Source: Octopus sinensis
Lineage: Eukaryota
DNA: 64,000 nt
NCBI RefSeq assembly: GCF_006345805.1
Contig: NC_043014.1
Span: 19,840,001 to 19,904,000, forward strand
Direction: 5' to 3'
Position 1 is the first letter of the stretch. Every line of letters starts with the position of its first letter. A program made the translations under genes and the position numbers. The notes beneath the pieces are model-generated. The model worked only from the letters and a program-made list of their open reading frames with translations. It had not been told where the DNA came from and ran no database searches. Below are positions 28,499-44,699 of the stretch, in pieces.

Positions 28499-28833
28499 TT
28501 AACAGAATAGGATAAAAATCCAAGGCTGTGAAAGATTTTAGAACATTTATAAATAGGTCTTACAGCTGCTTCCGAGATATTTTATATATCCCTTTACCGG
28601 AGACGTTGTGAGAAGATGGTTAAACAATAGTTATTCTCAATAAGATATGAGATAGAGAGTGAAGTGGCGGAATGAAAATAGACGTGAGATATACAGGGAT
28701 ATTGCTTAACGATTTTCTCACACCGCCTCCGACGAAAGGATATATATAATATCCCGGAAACAGCTGTATGACCTTCTATTTATAAATGTTCTGAAATCTT
28801 TCACAGCCTTGGATTTTTATCTCATTCTGTTAA
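28499..28833. mobile_element. Fold-back element with two divergent degenerate hammerheads
   Basis: Arms 28499-28629 and 28699-28833 are inverted copies; plus arm CCGACGA..GAAACAGCTGTA (28729-28768), mirrored mutated copy at 28557-28605. Confidence 0.85.
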
Positions 28834-29285
28834 ACTTTTTTTATATATACTCATGCTGATACATGACCTACGTGGGACGACTCCTCATTCGCATAATCAC
28901 AGAACTCGGAGCTTAACGATAGTCCGTCCATAGCACTTACTCAGCATTACCCGACACCTTTGGGTCTTCTTGATGCCATTACCTCTCATAACCTCAATAC
29001 ATATATATATATCTTGATACTGCATGGAGTGAGATATTGACAGGCGCCTGATCTTATACAAAGTGTTAAACATGTACGGTACGCAAATTAGTAGCTGTAG
29101 TAGTTTGCTACTATTTGATTGGTTGAAGATATAAGCATATTGGCTGCTGATTCCTCTGGAATTGCTCAAATTGCTATATTCACCTCCAATGGGATCTCCA
29201 ATGGTTCGAAAATTGGTTAAGTTTCTTGCCCTCTTCAAAAATATAGGTAAAGTTGTCCTCTATATATACAGACACACACACACAG

Positions 29286-29346
<61 letters not shown>

Positions 29347-29419
29347 TATATACATACATACACACACATTCATATATTTACATGTGTGTATGTATGTATA
29401 TATGTGTGTGTGTGTGTTT

Positions 29420-29479
<60 letters not shown>

Positions 29480-31283
29480 GCTTATTTTCCCCCTTGCTAT
29501 TTTCGCTGCTGCTACCACTACTATAACTGAAATGAACTGTAAATGCAGATTGCCAAATTGTACTTCATTTTGACATTTCCTACGAAGTCACCTTTAACGA
29601 TAAAACACACCTGGCATTTTCTTTTCTGTTTTTTTTTACCTTTCCAACTAAGTACTTTCAGACGAAAAATGACAAAATGCTACAGCCGATCGTCAGATTG
29701 GACAAAACACAGATAGAAAAAAAGCAAGACGCACACCCAGCACACGGATGGACACGCACACACATTTGTATGCATACATATGTATATACACACACACATA
29801 TACATACACGCACATACACACACACATACACATACACACACACATATATATGCGTGTGTATATGCAAATGTATACAAGCGCACATACAGAGACATACATA
29901 CACACATGCACCCACTCACACATACGCACACATTCACTCACACACACACATAACGTATGATCTGGTAAAGGCAGAATTATATGCCAAGTTATTTTCGAGT
30001 GATAGTTAGCATTTAGCTCGTATTTCTCAATAATCTCAACAGTCACTTAATATTATTCGAAGCATCTCGTTTAAACGAGTCTCGTTTACTGTTTAATTTT
30101 TTTTTCCTTTTCACTAGCCTGTGAAGAAATACGTTTTTCTCTTTATATACATTAGCGGTAGTCGTAGTTGTAGAATAGCGCGGAATCAACATTGTCACAG
30201 AATTATGCTTATACATACGTATTTGCAGCATCCATATTCGTAAAATGAGAATTTCCCAGGAGACCGTATCTTTAATATTTACATATCCACTTATTTTCTT
30301 ATGTGATCAATCCCAGTAGATTTCGATGTAGGAAAACATATTTTAAAAATATTTTTGAAAAAATTTTTTTTTCAAAACATATTATAGGTCTTCATTTCGA
30401 ATTTATTATCACATGTAAAAATGAGTTTAATACTTCAAAACTTGTGACCTCCATTAACTGTAATCTATTTCACACACTACATTTTATATTTGTCTACGAA
30501 AGTATAGGTTAATGGTGGTTTCCTGAATTATGAATTATTCAGAGCTGTGCCGGATATAAAATCATTTTCACATTCATTTACATCGTTTTGCATTTGGAAT
30601 TCAGCTCCGGTAAAATTCTACTTGGGCTTAGCTTATTCTGTAGACTACAAAATAATGTGTAGAATAAATATACTCAACTCTTCTAAATATGTCGCTTTGT
30701 GCCGATTTAAGGAATTCTTTTTAACAATTACACATTTTTCAAACGTGGAAGAGGCATTTTAATGAATGTAGAACACGCAACGATAAATATATTTGGTTTT
30801 TCTTTGTTTCGTGAGTGCGATGAAAATGGTGACATCTCTAGAAATAAACGCAAAGAAAATTTAAGTTCTTGTATGTTTTAAAATACTAAAATAGCTGTTC
30901 AAGTTGTAATTATCTTCTCAGAAGAAAAGTTTTCCAGAAAAGTCTGGTACCAAAATTCGTTATTTCTTAAGTTAACTGAAGCAATATTGTATTGAGTGCG
31001 CTGGCCAGAAATAACTGCCCTGAGAACAAAGCTAAATGAATATCCCTCTGAATGCTAAAAATACGTCAATCTATTTCGGACAGCATTTTCAGAAATAATT
31101 CGTATCGATTTTATTCTATAATCACACAAGTATGATTTTCCTAAGGCTCTGTAGAATTAGATAATCATGCTCAGATACACGCACAACAGAAACAGCTGCA
31201 CTATGTATGTGTATGTTTGCACTCGCGCGCGCACGCATTCTCTCTATCTATCTCTCTATCTCTATCTATCTACCTATCTATAT

Positions 31284-31361
<78 letters not shown>

Positions 31362-32089
31362 CACAAGTACACACATATGGTTGATGTGTAGAATGGGAGA
31401 GATAGAGTGAGCAAAAGAAACTTTACTTTAGTTCCATAAATGAAACTAATTTGTGAAAAGTAAACTTAGCATAACATCCAGGTATTAATCAGTTTTCCGC
31501 GCAATCAGGTAAATGTAAGGGAGAACATAAAATGAATCTGGGACATCTGCTATAAAAAAGCAACCGATATATCGACAGAGACGTTAAGCAGTTAGTTTTG
31601 TTCTTAACTCAACTATTTTTGTTGGTATGTGTATTCAGGCTGGAGATTATCGTACGTATCTGAACATATCGTAAGATAAACTCGAGGCCCATTGATGTCA
31701 AACAACTACACAGCATTTCTTGTTATACAGCTCTTCTTAGTTATATACAGTTTTCGAAGGTATATCATATATTTGTCACCGACTGATGATTGATCCTGCA
31801 GTTTTGATAACATTTTTTCATTTCATATCGGAAACCATCACTTGTCTGACAAGATGCAATTGTTTTATTCTTTTATTCTTTTTTTTTTGTTGTTTTTTGG
31901 GGGTTTTTTTCCTTCATATGTTGTGTTCTTTTTGATAGTGTATTTGATACAGAAATTGATCTTGCTTAGAAATATTTTGTAGTTTAGCCGCAACGGAGCC
32001 TTTATTCAACAGACTTTGCCTCATAAAGACTGAAACTGCGACCTTCCTGTCAGACTTAGCATTTTTCATACAAATTTTAAAATTACTTA

Positions 32090-32290
32090 AGGTGGCGAAT
32101 CGTTAGCTCGTCAGGCAAAATGCGTAGCAGCATTTTCGTCCGTCTTTAAGTTCTGAGTTCAAATTCAGCCGGGGTCGACTCTGCCTTTCATCCCTCGGGA
32201 ATCGATGAAATAAGTACCAGTTATACACTGGGTCGATTTAATTGACTTACTCCCTCCCCCAAATTTGCTGGCCCTGTGCCAAAAATTAAA
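32090..32290 (+). mobile_element. SINE family B monomer
   Basis: gagttcaaattc..ggtcgactctgcctttcatcc..aataagtaccag (Meta-domain-like). Confidence 0.85.
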
Positions 32291-33394
32291 ACAGATATTA
32301 CTTAATACTGTTTGTAAGAATGGTTCTTTTTAAATGTCTGGCAGCATTATTTTACAAATTGGTCGATCAAATAATTTAAAATATTGTTTAGTGCTATAAG
32401 GAATAATATTTTTAATACAACATACGGCACTGTTACCCTTTTTTACATACTTAATAAAACATTTGAGATATTGTTTGATATTTTTCATATAAAATTTTAA
32501 TATTAATTCATTTTGTTTTGATGATATTTTACCATTGAGTGCGATCCAAATTCGTATTGTTTTTGATAACACGCTGCATTCTGGTAGTGTTTGATCACAC
32601 TAAATATGATAATACCATTACGACAGTAAACGAAACAAGAATGGAAGCTGGTCAAATGCCAAACGTTAACGTAGAATGTACGTCGTTACATTCAACTGGC
32701 GAAGATTCAAAAAGACAATGTTCTGCTGTGTAAATTCCCATTAGAAGATAACGGCCTGCTTGTTCAGGTTATAATGAGAACATGGTGTGAGGTCGTTTTC
32801 TTTTCCAAGGAGTTGCATCACGTTATCAACCACAAGTACTTTAACGGTATCTGTTACTAATTACAATGCACTGCGGATTGATATTACTTCAAGAGAGTCA
32901 TGCAGATCTGCCTTATGATTGTATTGAGGAATAGAAAACCATAAATCGACGGCCATAATAGACTAGCTCAACGGTTATAACTCTCTATGTTCAGTGTTTC
33001 AACTAAAATTTCTCCATTATTTTTCTTTCTCAAATTTAAAAGGCAGACATTCAGTTGTCAGTACACTGCTGCAAATTAGTCACTCCCAGCGTCATCCGAT
33101 ACCTAATTAATTTTAATTAATCAAAATTTCAAAGTTGGTAATTCCTGCCTCAGGCATTTAGATAATAATTTATTTTCCTAAGTTAACGTGTAATTTTGAA
33201 TAATTAAAATTAACTACATCAAATATATTTAACGCACTTAACTAACGATGAAATCAATTAAGTACTGCGTCAGTAGCATGGAGAATATGAATCCTTATTA
33301 TTACTATATTCCAACGGCGGTGAGCTATTATCCTTTATTTACCTTTATATCCTTTGCATACGTCCATTCTTTTTCAGTGTATACCGCGTATCAC

Positions 33395-33662
33395 TTTTAC
33401 TCTTTTACTTGTTTCACTCATTTGACTGTGGCCATGCTGCAATGCCACCTTTAGTCGACCAAATCGATCCCAGGACTTATTCATTATAAGCTTAGTATTT
33501 ATTCTATCGGTCTCTTTTGACGAACCGCTAAGTTACGGGGTCATAAACACACCAGTTGTTAAGCGAAGTTGGAGGGACAAATACAGACACACACACATAC
33601 ATATATATATATACATACATACGACGGGCTTCTTTCAGTTTCCGTCTACCAAATCCACTCAC
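33395..33662 (-). mobile_element. SINE family A, 5'-truncated
   Basis: Matches 8263-8550. Confidence 0.85.
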
Positions 33663-33920
33663 GCGTCTGATTAGGGTTCACCAGTCACATGCATCATAAC
33701 CATATGTGCGCAACATAGTGATCACATATCAAGACAAACAGCGCATGACTTTGCAGGTGGGGGTGCAGTTAGAATTTTCTTCAGGTCGAGTAGCCCATCC
33801 TGCTCAAAAGGTCCCACAATAAGGGTTATTTAAGGATAATAAACAAAACACCCATGCTTCCAGAGGTGAATTATTCAAACCTCAAATAATTCATTTCAAC
33901 ACATGGCTATGATGCTCAGA
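33663..33920 (-). mobile_element. Repeat family C, internal fragment
   Basis: Matches 22614-22866. Confidence 0.85.
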
Positions 33921-33939
33921 CAAGACTATGAGACTCCCC

Positions 33940-38203
<4,264 letters not shown>

Positions 38204-38220
38204 CATTATTATTATTATTA

Positions 38221-38262
<42 letters not shown>

Positions 38263-38263
<1 letters not shown>

Positions 38264-38660
38264 AGCGGCAATGTGGCAGAATCGGTAGCAAGCCAGGCAA
38301 AATGCTCAACGGCATTTCATCCGTCTTTACGTTTTGTGTTCAAATCTGCGGAGGTCCTCAGCCGTTTATCATTTTGGGGTTGATAAAATAAGTACCAGTT
38401 AAGCAGTGGGGTCCTTGTAATCAACTCTTCTCCTCCCAACCCATCAAAAATTCCTAGCCTTGTGCCTTAAACAGAAAGCATTATTACTATATTCCATGTT
38501 TAAGCGGCGAAATGGCAGAATCATTATCACACGTAAAATGTTTTGCGCCATTTTTTAGGTCCTGATATCAAATTTCCTCGTGGCCGACATTCCCTTTCTG
38601 CTTTCGGGGTCAATAAAATTAAGTACCAATTCAGACCTGGAGTTGGCGTAATTAACTTTC
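38263..38660 (+). mobile_element. Two SINE family B monomers
   Basis: Heads gcggcaatgtggcagaatcg (38264) and gcggcgaaatggcagaatc (38504). Confidence 0.75.
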
Positions 38661-38706
38661 TTTTCCCTGCTTAAGTATGCATATATACATTTCTATGTAT
38701 GTATCA

Positions 38707-38760
<54 letters not shown>

Positions 38761-38789
38761 ATTCTCTCTCTCTCGCTCTCTCTTTCTGT

Positions 38790-39197
38790 AGCTGTGTGAT
38801 AAGAAGCTTGCTTACCAACCACATGGTCCCGGATTCAGTCCCACTGTGTGGTACCTTGGGCAAATGTATCCTACTATATCTTCGGACCAATCAAAGCTTT
38901 GTGAGTGGACTTGGTAGACGGGAACTGAAAGAAGCCCATCGTATATGTTTGTGTGTGTGTGTGTGTGAATGTGGTGTGTGTATGTGTGTGTGTACTAGTG
39001 TGCCTGTGCTTGTCCCCCCAACATCGATTGACAACCAATGTTAGTGTGTTTACGTCCCCGTAACTTAGTGGCTCAGCAAAATAGACCGACAAAAAGTACC
39101 AGGAGTATAAAGAATAAGTCCTGCGGTCGATTTGTTCGACTAAAGGCATGCCCCAGCATGTTCAAAGTCAAATGACTAAAGCAGGGAAAAGAATAAA
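38790..39197 (+). mobile_element. SINE family A
   Basis: Reverse complement of 8263-8660. Confidence 0.88.
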
Positions 39198-39208
39198 AGC
39201 ATATGTGT

Positions 39209-39273
<65 letters not shown>

Positions 39274-39899
39274 TTCACGTGACCAGTACATATGATTATC
39301 GTATTTAAACTGTTACTGAATAATTTATAGATCTTTGTTTTTAATTTCGTGCGGAAAATACGGAACTATAATAAATATTTTAAATAACGATTAGAAGACG
39401 GTTACAGAGATAAAATAGCTGATACTTAGACAAACAAACAAATAGATGAAGAATGAACAAAAATAACTCATTGATAGAGATTTAGTAAATCTACATAGAT
39501 AATGGTTATCCCTGTAGATAGTTTATGTGCGTCTATGTATTTTTCTATGTGAGTAGCGACGGAGTGAGTAAGAAAGAGAAGGAATGGGAGACTTAATTTA
39601 AACATTTTAAAGAATAGTATCCGATGCAAACATTGTCTCAGTAAGATTTCACTGCATATACACATTACGAAACACAGATATTCACACATTCATACACATA
39701 GACACACACACACACACAGCAAAACTTATTGTATGTGAAAGCAGGTGTGTTCATCAGAGTATTTACGCATGTATCAATGTATCTAAACAACTATATATTT
39801 CACTCACTTCCTGTCTGAAGCTATTTAGCTTTCTTCTGTCTATCTTCTTTCTATAATTACAGTTTAACGGTACAGAAAATAATAATTATAGTTTTATAT

Positions 39900-40105
39900 C
39901 ATGTGGCTGTGCGGTAAGAGATAAGGAGCTTGCTTCCTAACCACATGGTTCCGGATTCAGTCCCACTCTGTGGCAAACATAAAAACATGTAAATTCTTTT
40001 GTTTTAGTCATTTGAATGTGACCATGCAGGAGCACCGCCTTTAGTCGAACGAATCGACCCCAGGACTTATTCTTTGTAAGCCTGGTACTTATTCTATCAG
40101 ACTCT
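39900..40105. mobile_element. SINE family A fragments (5' piece on +, 3' piece on -)
   Basis: gtggctgtgcggtaag..ggttccggattcagtccc; gtcatttgaatgtgaccatg. Confidence 0.7.
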
Positions 40106-40112
40106 TATATAT

Positions 40113-40612
40113 ATAAGAAGGAAAACAATCAGCCTCAAATCTCTGAGCGAGAAGTAAACAGTAACTGTACTACAGAGTAAAATCTATTTGCCAACATGAA
40201 TTGACAGTCCTGCTTAGGACGATGTTACTACCCTTTTTAGCCGCAGGAAAACATCTTTTCCAGCTGGCTACCGACGCACAACTGCGCCCGTATACCTCGA
40301 ACAAGGGAGCTAATGTCCCCACTCAAACTTAAACGGTACCTGCGGACCATTGTTTCTGAGTTATTTCTCTTCATCGGTACAGGATAATCTTGTTCGAAGT
40401 ATATACTTAGAGTGACACACAGTTACTGACCTCGTAAAGAGGAAAACAATCGGACCCAAATCTTTGAGCGAGAAGTTCTAACAGTGGTGCGTCGGTAGCC
40501 AGCTGGAAAAGATGTTTTCCTGGGGCTAAAAAAGGGTAGTAATGTTGTCCTAATTAGGACTGTCAATTCATGTTGTCAAATAGATTTTACTCTGTAGTAT
40601 TGTTACTATTTA
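40113..40612 (-). mobile_element. Non-coding hammerhead element: 321-bp monomer, terminal direct repeat and inverted partial copy
   Basis: gaaaacaatc...tgagcgagaagt at 40121 and 40442; 40485-40610 is an inverted copy of ~40160-40285. Confidence 0.85.
40339..40383 (-). ncRNA. Minimal hammerhead ribozyme (U4C variant)
   Basis: cctgta-CCGATGA-a-GAG-aaataa-CTC-a-GAAA-caatg-GTC-cgcagg. Confidence 0.65.
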
Positions 40613-40630
40613 CGTTGGCAAATAGGTTTT

Positions 40631-40717
<87 letters not shown>

Positions 40718-41740
40718 GCACATGCATAGGCCTCAGTCCCACTGTCTGATATCTTGGGCAAGTATCTTGTACTATAGCCTTGAGTCGACCAAAGCGTTGT
40801 GAGTCGATTTGGTAGATAGAAATTGAAAGAAACACATGAGTAGTTACCATACAGCGTACATTTAAAACAGTTCAATGTATATAAACGAATACATATATAA
40901 ATAAATAAAATGTTAAAAGTTAGCATAAGATGAAAAAGATATAAGATAAATATATTATATACTTGTTTATCCACTTGCTGCGCAGATGATAAAGTGGAAA
41001 CGTGCTGGGTCCATACCCCACTCTGCACGTAGATCGAAACTACGGTCTGCGAAAAAGATCTAAGTCTCGCAGCTGAGTTGTCTAAAAGTATATACATCAT
41101 ATACATGCTATATACAGGGGTAGGTAGTAATTATATTAAGCAAAAGAAATTTATAGAAGATCAAGGGACCACCAAATTAACTTGGTACACCAAACCCAGT
41201 GCGTGAGAGTGTGCATACATACACGCACATATATATATATTATATATATATGTATGTATATATACACACATATATATTATATGAATATATATATATATAT
41301 ATAATATATATATACATACACTAATATCGAAGTATCGAACAGTGAAAATGAGTGCTCAACGCCGCATAGCCATATGTGCTTTTTATTCGTTGTTTAATAA
41401 GGCTACCATTGGTTTAATTCGCCATTTATCTTCCCTGTGGCACTCGCCTTCACCATTGATGAGAATATTCCCCTCCAAGATGGTGACGAGTACCAAGTTT
41501 CCAGTGTGTCAGGCTTGTTAATTGCTGAGAATTCTTGGCATGAAAGCCAATGATAGTTTTTCTGTTAACCCCAAATATTGTGTGTATATATATATATATA
41601 CCGCTCAGGTTATTTTCTGTGAAGAACGTAGTAGAGTACAGTATAATGCCCGTCCACCTTCAGATTTCACCCAGTACTATCCAACAGTAATAGTGTACCT
41701 ACTGCCAGATTTGCGTTGGGGCTTCTGTAGTGTGTGAATG

Positions 41741-42049
41741 TATAATTGAAGTTGGAGTCAACAAGGAGTACAGAGGAGCATTTATTTGTAATCATTACTG
41801 CACATTTTGAAACAACAAGTGGTTACTACAACATCGTTCAACCACGACAGGCAGAAAGGATACGGTCGAAGTCAAATATTTGACTTTACGAAATATAAGC
41901 AATATTTATATATCACCTAACGAAACACAAGGGAAACGGTTACATAAACAAGTACCTACGAACCTGGAGAACGTCGTTGCGTGGAAACAATTGTAGTGAT
42001 TACAAACAAAGGTTCCCCTGTACTCCTTGTTGTTGACTCCAACTTATTC

Positions 42050-42056
<7 letters not shown>
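41741..42056. mobile_element. Fold-back (inverted repeat) element
   Basis: tataattgaagttggagtcaacaaggagtacag..tttgtaatcattac mirrored by gtagtgattacaaa..ctgtactccttgttgttgactccaacttattcaattata. Confidence 0.8.
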
Positions 42057-42121
<65 letters not shown>

Positions 42122-42369
42122 AAGTAATAACGTTAATATCTCTGTCCGGGTCGCGAATAGGCTGGTCAGTACATATGTATGTATGTTTTGTTGAGATATT
42201 AATAGTTTCATATGTTGAGAAATACCTCAAACATATTCATCAGGCACAAACCACATAACGAATTAAAATTTGAATGAGAGATGGAACGCGAGAAATTGAA
42301 AATGAAGTATATAGAAAACGTGGAAGGTTAAAAAATAGTGCATTATATACACATATATATGTATGTATG

Positions 42370-42401
<32 letters not shown>

Positions 42402-42769
42402 TGTATGTATGTATGTATGTATGTATGTATGTATGTATGTATGTATGTATGTATATGTATATACATACATACATGCATACATACATATATGCGAGTATAA
42501 GAGTAGTGTTCCCAGCATTAGTGCAAGGCATGCAATGCATGCTGAAGATATGTCAAGGAAAGCAAATAACAAATCAGATTTTAATAACTTCAATTTTAAT
42601 GAATGATAGTCAGAACTTGGAAACACATGTGTAATGTGTGCGCTATTTCTATTATACGGTATTCATTTTTGAAATTGCATGTTCTGACTTAATTAACAGA
42701 ACTCACTGCACGTTATTCTACTCCTCCTCCTTCGTATTCTTGCTCTTATTGTTGTTCTTTACTTGGTCT

Positions 42770-42888
42770 TCTTCTTTCTTCTTCTTCTTTTTCTTCTTCT
42801 TCTTCTTCTTCTTTTTCTTCTTCTTCTTCTTCTTCTTCTTCTTCTTCTCTTCTTCTTCTTCTTCTTCTTCTTCTTCTTCTTCTTCTTC
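42770..42888. repeat. (TTC)n microsatellite
   Basis: Seen directly. Confidence 0.97.
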
Positions 42889-43590
42889 TCTTTCAGTTCG
42901 ATCTTTTTTACCTGTCTTTTTGTAGCCTATTACTTTTACTTCTTCCGTCGTTATTTTTTCATTATTTTGTCAAATGTGATTTAATCAAGCCGTTTCATTT
43001 ATTCAATTGCAGTCAATAAAACCGAAGAGAATATTGTTTTCTTTAGACAAAGCATATAATGTGTGTAGGAGGATGGGAACAAAACAGGATAATTTTACCA
43101 TTATGCATCTTCCGAATATTTTTATTTTGAGAAATTGTGAAATTAATTCCACTACAAGGACTTGAAGATGTGTTTTCGCTCCATTATTTTTTCCTTTGCT
43201 GAGAGTCGAATTCTTGTCCCTCACCTATATACTAGATGCGGTGTTACATAACATAAAAAGGAAACGAATGCATCAATCACTTATACTTTTGAAATAAAAT
43301 CCAAAGACAATTTGTTGGTGTCATTAAGGTTGCTTATCGCGTGGATTTGAAAAGTATAACATTTCGTAGAACGTTTTTCCAAGTTAGCCCTGATACGTGG
43401 TTTATGGTATGCACTGCATTTCAATCGATTGAAAAACCGAGTTCCATGCATTTTTAATAACAAAATTAAACAGTTTTTTATATTCATATAATTGTTTCAA
43501 AATACGTTATTCTTATTTTCATTATATACATAGATAGAAATAATACACTTCTAAATCTTTCAGAGAGATTTATACAGTAGTGATACAAGA

Positions 43591-43793
43591 AAGTAGTTGT
43601 ATGCTGTCAACTTAATGTCACAGTCCCATGAAGAGTTAACTGGGTGGAGGTGCTTCTCTTGCCCTTGTAAACGTAAGGACACAGGAAATATGTCAAAGAT
43701 GACAGAAAGCGGTGGTGCTTCCTAGGGCTAAATAGCAGTAGTATTATTCCCTTCATGGGACTGTCACATTAAGTTGACAGCATACAATTACTT
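43591..43793. mobile_element. Fold-back element related to the 40.1 kb and 62.5 kb family, no hammerhead retained
   Basis: aagtagttgtatgctgtcaacttaatgtcacagtcccatgaag / cttcatgggactgtcacattaagttgacagcatacaattactt; shares caac..tg.cagtcc and ggggctaaa motifs. Confidence 0.8.
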
Positions 43794-43924
43794 CATTATA
43801 TACATGTTTGATTAATATAATTAGAAAACAATATTTTCCAATATATTTTTCTAAATTTTGTATTTGTTTTAATCTGCGCACGAATGTAATTATAGTCTTT
43901 TATTTGATCTCCAATCAAAAATAT

Positions 43925-44120
43925 TGGTTTCAAATTTTGACACAAGGCCTACAATTTCGGGGGAGGGGTAAGTCGATTGCATCGACCCCCATTGAACAAA
44001 CTAGTACTTACTTTATCGACCTCGAAAGGGGTGAAAAGCAGAATTTGAACTCAGGACTTAAAGACATGAAATACGGCTAAGCGGCTTGCCCAGCGTGCTA
44101 ATGAATCTGTCTGCTGCCAT
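43925..44120 (-). mobile_element. SINE family B monomer
   Basis: Family motifs present. Confidence 0.75.
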
Positions 44121-44239
44121 TTTACTCCAGTCAAAACTATAATCAAGCAAAAAGAAAAAAAAGGAGAGCGATCTACAGAACCTACCATCTAGATAAATCA
44201 TATCTCCATTTTGTGGAAGATTACATTCTCAGATAGATA

Positions 44240-44277
<38 letters not shown>

Positions 44278-44485
44278 AATGATGATGATGATCATGATGA
44301 CGATGGTGGTGTGTTGTTGTTTAGGCCCAACGGAAATCTGATTGAACAAAGCAATGATCACAAGCATTCACAAGCTGTATTGCTAAGTGCAAAATGTTTA
44401 GAATTTACCAAATAAATGCAGTGTCTATGAGAAATGGGCACTGTAATCTAATCTACATAATCTAACTTCTGTGCCATATGCTCAT

Positions 44486-44560
44486 GGGAATATGGCGTAG
44501 TGGTTAAGAGCGCGGGCTACTAACCCCAAGTTTCCGAGTTAGATTTCAGGCAATGGCCTG
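44486..44560 (+). promoter_or_regulatory. tRNA-like Pol III promoter module (not a functional tRNA)
   Basis: A box TGGCGTAGTGG and B-box-like GAGTTAGATTTC with tRNA-like spacing; no clear acceptor stem. Confidence 0.7.
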
Positions 44561-44562
44561 AC

Positions 44563-44674
<112 letters not shown>

Positions 44675-44699
44675 TAACAAAAAAACAAAAATAACAACA

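Noticed and set aside
41340-41530. Possible minus-strand pLTR with AAACCAATGGTA-gcc half motif
   Set aside because: CUGANGA box not identifiable
44486-44560. Functional tRNA gene
   Set aside because: No acceptor stem and mutated T-arm; embedded in a repeat
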